Origin: Nymphaea colorata
Lineage: Eukaryota
NCBI RefSeq assembly: GCF_008831285.2
Contig: NC_045138.2
Location: forward strand, 19,096,001 to 19,160,000
Length of the DNA stretch: 64,000 nt
Reading direction: 5' to 3'
A program made the position numbers and the translations under genes. Of this stretch, positions 45,101 through 60,100 are shown in pieces; the first letter of the stretch is position 1; each line of letters opens with the position of its first letter. The notes below the pieces were generated by a model. It was not told the DNA's origin and searched no databases. It was given only the letters and a program-made list of their open reading frames with translations.

Positions 45101-48100
45101 GGACATGGAATCCAAATAGAGATTTAAAAGACGAAGGTTATGCAGGAAGGGTGCTTAACCAACTTGGAAAATGGTGGAGGTTTCCTCACTTGATTAATTT
45201 CTAATGGCTGCATGGAGAGGGTTAGGTCATGAAATTGATCAGAGCCTAGTACAGCACAGACCGACTGGTCAAGAGCATCAAGGGCTATATTTCGAATCTG
45301 CATATTTGGGTTCTCTGCAAGCTGTAGCATAGGAAGTATATAAGTATGAGGGGGCAACTATAATCCTTTTTTGTAAATCATGTCAACTTGATCCAACCTC
45401 AAGGAGATGACCAGAAACAAGGTCCCACAAGGGCTCCACACCTGATCAAGTAATGAAGAAATGAAATAAAATTAATTGTTCCAACAAAGGTAGAGCTCAA
45501 ACAAGTAGTAGGTACAAGAATTGACCAAATTCTTATAAAATGTAAAAAACATCTGTAATGAGGAAATGGGAAAAATCAGTATGCCTATAAAGAAAATACA
45601 GAAGAATGATAATGGATTGTATCATAAATTTCTATATCAACCGTTTCAACCAAGTTACATCATATGTGCAGTAACATCACTGTTATGTTCGAAAAAGCCC
45701 TTTTGTTGTTAGCAATAGCCGCCAATATTGCCAACATGCTGAATGTATTCTCGTATTCAAGCCATCTTGAAGCCAGATGATAATAATCAGCAAAAGTTTA
45801 TGATATTTTTAAAAATAATTACTTGCTGAGAAATTGTCAAAAACAAAGTGACTATCTATTAAGAAGTAAAGAACAAACCATCAAACTTTAACAAGAATCC
45901 TCCAAAAGAAGCAAGGTTCTACAAAATATTTCGACAGTCACTTCGCCTAGCCAAAATTTCAGCTGAAGTGCCACATATAATATCTTCAGTTACTACTATA
46001 GGTGGCAACACAGAATATACAGAACAAGGACATCTGTGTGCATTAACGTCTATACTAGGAACTGAATTTTAGGCATATTGCTCGCAAAGAAAAGCCAATT
46101 CAAACTTTGTAATGAACTTCAAACAGAATTAGTTCACTTGGTTAAAAAAGAATTAAACTTGCTTACATTGATTAAAAAATCCAACACACACAGACACATA
46201 CACACATGTGAATGACTGGAGACAACTGCTTGACCAGATCAACAGGAGCACAAAAAACATAAACAATGGCACATACTCATTGTGTTCATGATGCCTACCC
46301 ACTGAAACTAGAAGAACAAGCTGCACAGGTTTCAATTTCTTTTGTTAAAAAACAGAGATGTGGCAAATAAGGGGACGACCCTCTTCTACATAAGGATCTG
46401 GAAGCTCTAGCCAATGACTATCACATTAGAAACCAGTATAAGAACATATTAACAAATACCGCCATGGCCACATGCTAAAGATACATACGGTGCAGGTTGC
46501 TTTTGAGTATAGCTATCATTCGTTCAACAGAAAATGTGATGCTTCCAATCTGCTGAGCTGATCCGACAAAAGCATTTGTCCCAGAAGTTTGAGGTGACAC
46601 TGATGCTTGCCCAGAAGCATGAGTCCGCCCAACACAGTGTTGATTAGACAGATTTCTTAATGCAGAAAGGAGAGACTTGACCGCAGATATATGCATCATT
46701 GCAGAGCTCTCGAACAGCTTCACAGATAACACAGATAATACAAATAAGTAACCATAACAAATATGAAAGAAGAGATAAAAGAAGAGGCTCATTACTGACC
46801 TGAGAATTCAATGAAGACAAGATGTTGAAATCTGTATACTGACTAGAGCTGTCTCTTGTAAGCCTTGAAACCATTGTAGGGACTTCCTGAGCATGCACAA
46901 AGGAGTTGTTACAAAAGGAAAAAGGCATAATGACAATTATAAGAAATGTTTTAGGCAATTTATGTAGAACCTCCATATAATAAAAGCAGATGATCTTTCT
47001 GGAGCTTGGGTTATTTTAATCATCTGCAGGCTAAAAATTGAGGAATAGGATAATCCCATCTTATACTTTGTAAAACAGGTACCATGTTCATTCTGGAGTT
47101 CCGATTGTTTTACTGACATACAGGTCACAGCTTGAAAGATACAAAGACTAGTATTTTCATTAGTAAAATTATTGTTTTGGCTGTACAAGGCATATATGGT
47201 AGAAGCCACATCCTGAAATGTAGGTTAGCCCCAGAACCAGCCCAACAAATTCAAGTTTTTCTTCTTTTGGTTTATTACCTGAGTAGTGGCATGAGGAGAA
47301 TGAATTGCACGATCCAAAGCTGCTAGTGTCTCCAAAACCTACAAATGCATCAGAAGTTTATAAAAGAGAGAGCAGACAAGTCTTTCTTTAGGAACATCTT
47401 TGATTTGAAAGCATGTAGCATACCAGAATCCACGATGGCCCCAACACATTATGTAGCCTGTGAGCAATGTTGAATAGGGTCCTCAAAGCCTAATGAAAGT
47501 AACCATTATTAGGAATCAGGAGTTACATGCAAAACCTAGAAGTACGCAATGTCAACCACATCAGTGATCATTACATTAAACAAGGACAACATGAAAAGTG
47601 AGACAATACCTGAACATTCTTCGTGGTGAGTACAATGCTATCTCGTTGATCAGATATGTGTTCAAGCCGCCTTGATCCAGGTGACAGCAACACACTAGAA
47701 AAAGAATCAGTTAGAAGAATGCATCTGGTGTAATATAACATGAAAAAGCAAAGGCAAACACTCGGATGATAATTTTTTATGCTAAAAGAAAACAAACAGC
47801 AATAACTACCTAAATCCTTCAATGGTTTTAATTCAAAATTCTTACATGCTAAAGAAAACAGACACTAGATATGCAATTGCTACTTTTAAATATGGTAGAA
47901 TTTAGAGCAAGAATAACTTAACAGCTGATATTTCAACTAAATTGGTTTAGTTTAAAAAGAACTTTAAGAAAATAAACAGTGACTAGGACATACACAATTT
48001 TTGGACTAAGAGAACACACACCTTGTTTTCTAGAAATGTTAAGGACAGTCTAGTACAAACAACATAAGAGTTATCTATTGCTCATATTTTAGACCCTTGA

Positions 48101-51100
48101 GGAAATGAAAAAAACTCTTCTTAGAAATGTCTAAAATATGTACATAAAAACATGTTAAAATGTTAGTGAAACCTCCATGTATAAAGTCTATAATGGTTAT
48201 TGATTGCCCTGAAACGAAGTTTTTACGACAAACAGATTCTTACTACACTAGTGCTCTCAATAACCTTTTCCTTAATACACTATTGCAGCTTCATTTTTTA
48301 TCAACTTATCCAAAATATTATCAATTTTGAAGGACGTGATTGTGGAGGTTCTTGAATCAAATTGGATGTTCTTTAGAGGCTTAGTATTTCTTCACAACTC
48401 AAGAATTTAATGCCATACATTTGCTTGGTCAGCAAAGACTACAGCTTTAAAAAAAAAATAACTATTAACAACTTCGAAAGGAACATTACCAAAAAATTGC
48501 AACTTACTAATATTTTGTTATCCTAACATTTTGAAAGTTTGCCCTCCAAATTGGCTTTTTATCGAAGTAAGACACTATCATACTAGTCATTAATTTCAAC
48601 TTTTAATTTTGAAAATGTGCATGATATCTATGACTAAGTAAAGTTACTTGACCAAAAATCCAAAGTACATGAATCCTTCACATAGAAAAACAGGTGGGAT
48701 GAGAAGACAGATTTGAAATTCCCTTCTGGTGCTTACAAAATAGAAAAAACGCCCAAACCTCATATTATACAGAAAGTAGAATAAGATAACAAGATGTTGC
48801 GCAGATTATAGCTGACAGCAAACTAATGAGGAGGCGGACAAAACTGCAAACTTAAACAAAGGGAGAAAACAAAAAGAGCATTTCTGGACAACTAAGGAAA
48901 TGCATCCACAACATGACCTATTGGGCTTCTTTGACAGGTTATTCTTATTCTACAGAGTGAACTCTTTCAAAACACCTTTATGGTCATCATGAAGCCTACA
49001 TGGAAACCTGGCAAGTGGCAACTTAGTCATTCTAAAGGATTCTCTAATGAGTTGATGGCTTGATGCAGTGAAGGATTCTATAATTAGTTGATAATATACG
49101 TTATAGAGAAAGGAATAACAAATCAAGGACACACAAAGAAACTGCCACATTCATGAAAGCTATGCTTGTACAGCAGATACATTCATGTTACTGTGGTTTT
49201 CCTGTGTGAAACAACATTTACTTCAGCCACAAGAAGGTAAAGGTTCTTTATCACAATTTAGATTTTACAAACCACATACCTTTTCTTTTCATAATCATCA
49301 GGAAAATTGATAGTAAATTTGCAGAGAGATGCAAGAAAAGAGTTTAGAGGTTCTACAGTACGAAGAACTCCACATGCCTGTGACATAAAGAAAGGGTCAT
49401 AGACTAATTACAAATTTGACAGATAGTAATGGTGAATAAACAAATTTAGGTTTTCATTTCCACCTGAGTAAACGCTTGATATCCCTTTAGAATTTCCAAT
49501 ATAATAGCTTCTCCTTGTGATCTTCCACAGAATGGTCCACGTCAGAAGAGACGTAAAAATATTCTAGCATACTACTTCGACAAGATTAATCAACATACCT
49601 CATCAATATTAGGGAGAGAGCATCCAAGATGATCAACCACAAAGAGTCGACCATAGCCATTGATAGGTTTGCAGTTTGCCCCATCCATTTAATTGGTGGA
49701 TCACTTTCACATCTTGGGGACTCAAGCTGGAGGGTTTCAGGGAATAATATCAGAAATCTGACAGTTGTCAATTTCTCTAGCAAAAAAAAAAAAAAAACAA
49801 TCACAATATCTCACTTCACCAATATCCACAGCTTCATCTGTCAAAGTAGCTACTGTAAAAACAACTCCTAATAGTCCTTCAACAGCCAAGGTGATTGCAT
49901 GAGCTTCACTAGCGACCACAACTGCTGCATTAGAAGCATCATTTTCAAGACTCCACTCAACCCCTGCAGATGACATTATCAAGAGGAATGTCATGTACTC
50001 CAAATTGCAGTCAAACACCACATATACACAAAAAATCCATAAATTTGGTTTCCAGAGAAGAGTGAAAACATTGTAAAACGTAACGATAAGTGGAAATGGT
50101 CAAGATATTTGTTAACCTTTTATTGTTAAATAATAAACATCACTGCAGAAACAAAAGTTTGACTTTGAGAATCAAGACTGGATTCAATGGGTTCAATGCC
50201 TGTAACATGGTTAAGCAAGTGTACGGACTTGAAATCCCCCCTCCCTTCCCATTGTTACTATTACTGTTTCCAATTATAAGCAAGGTTTTCCTTGGAACCT
50301 TTCAGCAAAGTTATTTTTCTCAGGAAAATCTCAAGAATACAAAAATTTCAAAAATTGTAAAAGAAAACAATTTAAATGATTATGAAATTATAAGAAAAAG
50401 TTTTCTTACGGACATTGATAGAGCTTCAAAATAATTAGTTACATGTTAAAAGATACAAAATAAGGAACACAAAGGTTTACATCCATCAAAAACTATTTTT
50501 ATCTAAAAAAAGACTACATTTGGCAATATTTTCAAAATATGTAAATATTTTCGCACTTCTTACATTTTTCTCTATTTTGCCGATGTTCCTGTGATATTTC
50601 CTAAAATATCATATGCAACAGTGGTCTCACCACATCGGTAACAGTAATATCAACTAGAAAAGGAAAAGAGCTTTAGGTCATAGGGGGATCTAACCAAACC
50701 AGAAACCAGGACTGTACGTACCATATGTATGTGACCCTATGCCAATACAGGTATCTCGGATTTCAATCTGCACCTAAGTTGCAAAGTTGCAAACAGCACC
50801 TCTATGATTTCCGAAGTAACTTCACTAGCAAATGAAATTTTTGGTTGGAGACGATTTCTAAAACGAGATCTAAAGAAAAAGATGTACTTGGGGACAATCA
50901 GACATTACAAACTGTAAATGCAATGCCGTATATGATTAGTTGGTAACCCTTTTTTTGTCAAAATCCTGACTATCGGTCAACTAGTCCAACTAGTTAGTTG
51001 AGCCAGTTATGATTGACCTGTGCCTTAAACCAGCCAATTAGTTGGTCAGACGAATCAATTAGTCAGCTCAGTTGTTGGTCAGCCTACTAATCCCTGATAT

Positions 51101-54100
51101 ATACATATAGAATCATAGACGTTATTTCTTTGTTATATATATATGGAAAAGGCAATGCTGTTGTGTGCCAGATAGTTGCCCAATATATATATACATGCAC
51201 GCATGCATGTATATGTATGTTGTATGTATGTATGTATGTATGTATGTATGTCTGTGTGTGTGTGTGTGTGTGTCTGTGTGTGTCTGTGTATATATATATC
51301 TATGTATGTATGTATGTTTCTATATTTATTCCCATGAAAGTACATATTTTTGTTAGTCACTTGACCTGGACCAACTAGTCCCTACTAATCTCTTTAGGGT
51401 CTTAAACAACCTGTTTCTAACTTCCGATTTTAACGACTTAGGCCACATCTGACAAATAACCAAGTTCCAGCAATACGCCACCACATTTGCTTTCCATTAG
51501 TGATTAGATATTATCAAGATAAGGTTGGTCAATATAGGCAGACTATAATAAGTTGTGATCCAAAGAAGAGGTTTCATTCGGCACCTTTAGCAAACAAGCA
51601 ATTTTCTTGTAACCCCAACTTCATGTCTTTGGTGCCTAGAATTTAGTTGTTAAAACTGGCAACTTAAATGTGGAAGCTTGACAAGTTTTGACATAAAATC
51701 ATTTTTCTTAAATTTCAAGTCAAAACTCGACGCAATTCTTTCATGGGAAATCTCTTGGGATGCTATACTACCAAAAAGTTAGGAAGTTCACTAAGCAGGG
51801 TTTTTTAATTGCACAGCAACAAGTCACCTTGTTGATACAATTAGACCGCTGCCCAGTATGATTCCAAGCAATAATTTATTGTTAAAAGGATATTGATATT
51901 AGATAATTATTCATAATATATGAAAACAATGCACAAAATGGACCAGTAAAATGGAATGCCATAAATTTACTATGCAATTCCATGGTGTAGAGAAAAAATA
52001 TCAATCAAAAGAAACAGGAAATAGCTGGTAACTTGTAAGCAGCTACCCGTAAGTTTTGGTTGCTAGGCCAGTGCCTCCACTATATTGTGCTGTAATGACA
52101 TGACATGTGAGACATGGTGCAGTGAACCTTCTGAAATGCCTATGTATGTTAAAGAAAACATTAAGACAAATGCCAACAGAAATCATAGCATACAAGTGAA
52201 AGAGATGATGGTATTTTCAAGAAGAGAGCTATGGCACACACTAAGACCATCTACAAATCATTTTTAAGAGAGAAACTTTGCCAACGATAGACATGACAAA
52301 AAAGAAACATAGCTAAAAAAATAGAGAACTACATAGTATATGAGCTAGTGCCTTGGTAAGCAACTAGTTTGAATACACACCTTTAGCTTTACTGTTAAAC
52401 ATCCCAGCAACAGCTGCAAGACTCTCTTCACTTGTTTCTGGAATCTAGAACAGAATATGAGATCTAATTCAAATGATAGAAAATGAATTCTTGTGCTCTG
52501 AACCTACCATTGAGATGCACATGCTACTATCTTAAAAAAGAGAGGTAAACTAATACTGGAACTGAAAATCTTCAGGTCAGGGGAGTTCTAGTACATCCAC
52601 TTACAATAACACTGGAGATTAATAATGTTTGCCAAATGTTGTCCAATTCAACCAAAAAATCTTGTTAAAGGACATCTAATTCTTATGAATAAATCTTAGA
52701 GACCATCACATAAGACTGCCAATCAAACTTTTTCAAGGAATATTTATTAATTAAATTTAAAATACAATTGTCTTAAGCAGTCTACAACATGACAATATGT
52801 ATTTATTATCTCGAACATGATCCATGGTAACATCATTGGTCAGCTTCCTAATAGTACATTGTCATCTATAAGGCTTACTATTAGCAAGGCTCCTTACAAG
52901 ATAAAGAATATCTGGGGAATTTAGACATTTCCTTCATGTTAGTTGTCTAAATTATCAACCCAAGAACTGAGAAATCCCTGAAACCTCTAGAGTAACAGGG
53001 CTTTGACTTAAATTTGAACTTAAAATTCACCATGGTTAGTACACATGACAAAGGAGCGAACCATGAACTTGGCTCCTCTCACAGCCTTCCTCCCTTTCCC
53101 CCAAAAAAAACTCTCTCTCTCTCTCTTGCGCTTGAGCTTTTAAGATACTTGTTTCAGTCAAAGAAACTGAGTGACACAAAACTAGTAATAGGATTTTAAG
53201 AGGTTATATCCACTACCCAGTAGTACCCAAATAACCACTCAGGCATAGTGGTTTTTTTTTCTGTTTCCATAAATCCCCAGACATTTTCTCAGATTTGATG
53301 ACCTTTACTGAACTGTTTTACATGGCCTCACCTAGTATTTTCATGTAATGTAGGGCCAAGCTTCAGTCACCATTAACACTTTCCAAACAAGATTAACAAA
53401 GATCAAACACAATGAAAATCCACCTCAATCTTTGACTGCATGACCAGCAATTTTGCCTTCAACTAGCAAGTGATGTAGGCTATATCTCGTGCCAACAGTT
53501 TCGTCAGCAGTCACTTGAAAGTCAATGATGAAGCAAAAAGCGTTAAGCTAAATTTATGTTAGACATAAAATTTTGAATCAGTTCTTACAAAGGACCCAGT
53601 CATTACACAAAGAACATAATGATCAATTAGGAAATGACAAGTTCTTATCAAGATGGAATGCATGCTGCACCATCCAGATTATCATGACTTTCTTGGAACA
53701 AAGACATGGAAACTTTGCAACTAATAAATGAAACAGTGTAGTTACTGAAGTAACTTAAGTCCATATCATGCAAAGTGGAAGTGAAATGTGAACCCCAAAT
53801 TGAAGGACAATGTATGCAAGATATTTTATCTCATTTGAGAGATTGACCTGTATACTTGAAACAACCCGAGCCAATGCCCTAACCATGCCCTCCACAACGT
53901 TGGTGTTTTTAGGGTTCCTACAAAAGTGTAAAGAAAGTCAGGCCACCTATGAAACAACACAAACACAGCATGAGTAAATCAAATTAAGCCAATTCTGTCC
54001 AACCCATTCTACTAGGAAACCAAAGAATTGTCATTGATGGACGCTTCAAGACACCAAAAGCTGACATTTTTCCAGCATAAGGTTATCAGAATAATAAGCA

Positions 54101-57100
54101 TCGGCTATCACATGCCCCACCTATAAATGTTCTGCATTTACCTATTGAATGCTAAGTGCTAGTTTCTCTGACTTGATACCTAAATGTAGAGAAGTTGAAC
54201 CTGGTCAAGCTCCTAAGCACTTGTAGACCTTCATCAGGACCAGGCACTAATGGATTTCTGTATGCGTTTGTTTTCTTGTTATTAGACCAATGCAGTGGGT
54301 GGGTTTTAACTCCCTCTTGCTCACAAGTCACAACACACACTCTCTCTCCAGGTACTTTTAAGCGTATTCAGTATGTTGTTAGACACAACATACTTTTGGT
54401 TATGGGTAATCATATGTAATGTTAGATAAAGTATGTATACTTTTCAGATATTGTCTTAACCATAATCTCTACTTAAAGTGAGATTAGGAGTCTAATGAAG
54501 TTGATGATTTCCTGTCCATCTCTCTCGCCTCCCTCCCTCTCTTAGTTTCATGTCTCCTCTTTCTTCTCTTCCCTTCGCTTCCTCATATACGTTCTTCCTG
54601 TTCATATCTTGTGCCCCAATGTAGATCTCAACATGGTATCAGACCAAAGATCATCCCTGCGATGAGGCAGCAACAGATTGTTGACCTGGAGAACAAAATC
54701 TAGAAGATTCAGATCAGTCGTGGATGACAATTTTTTTCATTTAATGTCAAATAATCTGGCAGCTGGCGAGATCAGGTCTGCAATTTTCTTTTCGTGGTGA
54801 GAAATGAAACCTATTAAAAAGGGTTTGCTGTCACCTTTTATCTGGAGTTGAAAGTGCAGGCGCTGCTTAAATCAGATCTGAATAAACCAAACTGCGGATT
54901 TGTGGTGGCAGAAAAGGAAGTTTATCTCCCACTGCAGGATTGATCGGGTTTGATGCTGGTTGCTCTTTTGTATACAGTCCTGGGACATTTGTGCAATTTG
55001 AGTGCACCGAGATACCTGCCCAAATTGGTCCAACTCTGACCAGAGTCTAGTTCTGATCTGTCATGGTATCCTGACTGTTCTGATCTGTCATGAGGTCTTA
55101 AGTCATCTTTTTTCTATTATTCATTGTTGGTTAACCATCTTCTTATTGTCGTTGAGATGATGTAAACCTTTATGTCGACCTTCCATTGTGATATGTTGCC
55201 TATATCGATACTATATGAAGTTCTTTTCCAGCATAGTTAAAAAGCTATATTATAACTCTAAGTTGCAAAGTCTCTGCTCTTGTTTGGCTTGCTGGTGCTG
55301 TTCACAATGCAGATTCGTTGGTGTTTAATCATCTTTGTCACTAATTATGGCTGATTCACATGCGCAAGATGTTGATAAAAAACGAGAGACTCTTGAAGAA
55401 TATAAAGCCTTTGCTAAACTATGTTCACATGGGTCTTTCGTTAAACTGGATGACACTAATTAGGCAAGGTGGTCACACACTCATTATGATGTCTGTCTCT
55501 GGGCATAGAGGAAAACATGTTTTATTTGAACCTGAACCTACAATGAACATTGGCAGGTATGTTTCATGGAAACAAGATAATGACATTCAGACATTGCCAT
55601 GTCATAGATCATGAACAGTGTGCATTCAAATGCCAAATTGTTTCTAAAATGTTTGTGCACTTCTTTAAATTATACAAAAAAGTTAGCCTAGCAATTAGAT
55701 ATTTTAGAGGAAAAAAGTGGTATTTTTCTTCTTTAATGGTTGACTAAGAGAAACTCATCTATCTCTTTGGTAAACAACATAGCCACTGATATTTGAAAAT
55801 TTTGTAACTTTCATGATAAAATCAGCAATTTGAAGCTTCCTAATAATAATTGAAATACTCTCTGAAAATTCAAAACAATGAGTAAAAAATGATGTATTAT
55901 GACAATATTGTGATATTAATATATTATCACAATATTTATGTGACAAAAAATAATTTGTGTCCATCTTAAGCATAACTTTTTGATCTCTTTCATGGTTTAA
56001 AAACACCTTGGATGATTTTTTTTTTTTTGCAGTTTTACCAACAAAAAATGCCAGAACATATAACCCCACACCTTTTAAATAGTTTATAACATTTTTTATA
56101 TTTTTGAGAAATTCACAAGATTTTGTGGAAGGTTGGAAACAACAGTTATGAAACAAGACTGAAGAAATTGCTGAGAATGATATTGATGACTATGGTTTTA
56201 AGTCTTTTAACTATAAAAAAGTTACACATGCTTTTAAAACAGTATAGAAATTAGTAACCTAGGGGTGTTCCTATTAATACAAAAACTTCAGATGTGTTTT
56301 TGAAAATTTTTGTACAAATAATATATTGATTTTCCTTTCCATTAAGATTTTATAGAATTGCACCAGAAGCTTCTCACACTACAAATACGATTGCTTAATT
56401 TGCCAATATCGCTGTTTATGTGATACATAACCATGAAAATTTTGGAAGAAATGATGTGGTGCAGAAACCTACTTAATGTCTTTAATCAGGACAAGTAGAA
56501 TGTTATATACCATGATACCTGAAAACAAGCATACCATTGAGTTGCTGAGAAAAGAGAAGGAATGTTATAGATGTAACTATGGCTTTTTTTAACATAATGA
56601 TCACATGAAGGACTTCCCTTCAATTTACTTAATTCATGATCAATCATGGAACACAATCAAGTATGGATTCTGAGCAGCGGGACTTTCACCTGCTTCACTG
56701 TCACTTTGTCATAGGATTGTATTCTGGTGCTTATTCACATGGTTTCCGTCTGCCACACTTCTTGAAAGGTCATTTTACTAGACTAAAGTAATAACTCTCA
56801 CTCAAGTTGCACAGGCAGAAGCATATATTTTCCATATAAAGCAACAAGTTCATTAGCATTGACAAAGTGCTCTGTGGCATGCCAAAAACCATAACCATCG
56901 CAAAATATTCTACCTTTTCACATTTATCAACTAAAGAGACTCAAGTATTAAGACAATTACAACATCTAAAGCCTACAGAAGAAAAGGATTACAACATCTA
57001 GCAATGGTTCATTAGTTACGAAATTGTATACAATTTGGAAGTTGCTTACATATCAAAATTTTGGAAAAGAAGGCGCAAGGTGCGTGCTTCCACACAAAAA

Positions 57101-60100
57101 CCCTGTTATACGGAAAGATCAATCTAAATGAGAATACATAAGTTGTGTCTTACAATATAAATAGTTCTTAGGTTAGGGATTACCCTCAAAATTTCAAGGA
57201 CAAGAATCCGGTGCCATAATGGCAAATCCATAGATGTCGACTTCACCAACATATTGAGAAAAACCTACAGCATAGTTCCAAACAAAGATGTCAGTGCAAC
57301 CATTAAAAATCAGAATAAAGATCATGAGCTAAAGGAAACAGAAGTACGCCTCAATGAGTATAAATTTATAAGTTAATATTGATCGGGCTACTTCTTTTCA
57401 AATGAGAGTTTCTGGAAAGAAAATTTTCAAATAGCATGTAAATAAACTAATCTTTCAAATTTTCAATTACTTAAAAATGAAAAGGATGGAGCCAAGTCAC
57501 CAACTTTGCAATTGCATTTTTTTCTAGCAGTTAGGTTTCCTGTAACTAAAAGAGCAAACTTTCAGGAATAACCAAACCTCACTTGTGTAACACACATTAT
57601 TGGCATCCTACATGCCGAACAGAGAATTGCATTTAGAAAAATGAAAAACAATGACAGCTATAGCTAACTGACAAAGGTTAAAACTTAAAAAGATTTATTA
57701 GCCTTTAAAACTTGTAGCTTGGTATCACCAGACGTCCATGAGGTCAAGATAAACAATCTAATGAGCTACGTAAAATTGGGTGCCTCTACAGGCAAATGCA
57801 CATGTCATGATACATGAATGCAGTCAACTTGAAGTCAGGTGTAATCAACAAACATCCAATGGTAGACTTGTCACATTTCTCCAAAAATAATCAGTAGATG
57901 TGTACATCTCCTTTTATCATTTTCCTCATATATTTCTACTCTTTCTTCTCTTGTTCATCTATGCTGAGCATACACATTGCTAGGTTCAAGCTTAGCATAG
58001 GTCCAAGGCTTTAAATGGTTTCCTTTCCTTTTCCATCATATACTTGGTCCCAGCTCACCTGTAAACATGTCTGTGTGTTATGTCTATGTATGGCTTTTGC
58101 ACCCCCACACTTACACTTCTACAAGTTGCTGCATCACACCCCAGCACTTATATGACACAACCAATATGTGTGTGAGAGAGAGGGAGAGAGTAACAAGCTA
58201 CCAAAAACTTGCTCCAAATAAGCTATCAACTACCTATGTTATATAGGTTCAGGACCTTCAGGTACAGGTGCAAAGAGTACAACATGCCAATTGGAAAAAA
58301 CATGAATGCAGGAGGCAGGCTACAGAGGTGGCAGATGGACACACATTACAAACACACACACACAAAGTAATCATGGTGATCCCAGTGAACCTACACCTTA
58401 AATCACAGTAAATTTATTTAAATCTAACATGGTGATGTAAATTTAAGTACACATTGCAAGTTCCCGCACAGGTCTGCACAAGAGAATGTAGAGATGCCAA
58501 CACAGCTTATATACTTATGCATGCACAGAAGAAATGGAAAAATATATGGTATCATTTGAGAATTGCTTCCTAACGTTAATGCAAAGGTTGCAAATTTTAA
58601 CCTCTACTACAACTGCTAAATTTCACTAGATCAAGGTTGTCTTCATGGAGACATTCACTGGCTTTCAGTCGACATCTCTTTCATCCCCTCTCTCATTACC
58701 GTAGTCTTTTACTTTTCTCATTTTTGCATGCTTCTTTTTTTCATTTTTAACGTGTTTTTTTTCAAAAAGATGGCAATATTTGAGAAAATCCAGAACCAAC
58801 CACCAGCACCACACCCCACGTCACATCATGCTAACGCAGGTGCAGAGGGTTTGGTGCCGCACCCCTGTCACACTCAAACAGCACTGCATCTCATAGAAAC
58901 CAATGGGAGCATCTCTATAAAGGAAATAGTACCAAGATCTGTATGTTTTTGCAGAGAAACTGGGAAAGTACACAGCTTCATCAACACAAATCTGCCATAC
59001 ATTTTTCGTGTATGAGGTTTTATGCAAGAATTATGAGTTTTTGATATTTATTTGTCATTCATCACTTAGTGAACTCCCCACTAGAACATATTACTGACCT
59101 TCAGGCCTGTGGATGGAGACCAACAATCTATTGGAAATGGGTTAGTTTATCTACCAGAAAAAGAAGGGGATGAGCTTACTATTTAGAAGCTTTTCATTGT
59201 TCTGCTTTCCACATTTATGCTTGCTTGGCATTACCATGCAACCTATAACTGGACTAGAGGTTTGTTCTTCCAGGTCCTCACATGCTAAGAAAGCTAGCAT
59301 GCTGCAAACCCAAGGCACCTACAGAAAAGGAAAGAAAGAAAAAGAAAATTCTGCATCTTAGGAGCCAGGAAAACCTCTTATCTTCTTTTTCATTAACAAC
59401 ATTGGAATGTATTTTCTGGTTGAATTTGATGCTTGACATTATGAGTTTCTGGTAAATAGTTTCATCTAGAATTCATAGCTACTCCTTTTGTGTATTCATT
59501 GGAAATCTCTCTATCTTCAAGACAAATTTTGACCAGCTTTGTGCATGCAATGGAACAATGTGTCAGATGTATGACTTAACCAATTTCAGTATATAATCAA
59601 CCAAATGTCTTCAAATTTTCAAATGATTTTAGGGAAAAAATCTGACAATAACATTTAGAAATTCAGAAGCTCGCCAGAAAATAGAAATCAAAAGGGCAAA
59701 ATGTCATTCCTTAACAATGCCATAAGTTGCCCAAAATAGTAATATTACAAACTTAGCTCTTCTCAAAATATTGAGTTATATTGCATAAGGCAATTGCTTC
59801 GTGGGCTAAGCCTAATAATCACCTATGCACAAAAAAGGATGTGTCACAAGTGCAAAAAAACAGCAATGACAAAGACAAAGAAACTGCACTTTTTCAGACC
59901 TCACACTCTGTGATAAGTGATGAACTATAGAGCCTGACAACATGTGCAACTGATCGTAAGACCAAACGACGGAAATACGGTTCTCCAGCTTCACCTTCAA
60001 ACTGATACAATAGCAAGAGGAAAAATGAGTTTAAGCTGTTGACAAGAATTAGACTGCTAGATCAAGCAACATAGTTATTTGAAAAATACAAAATGCAGAT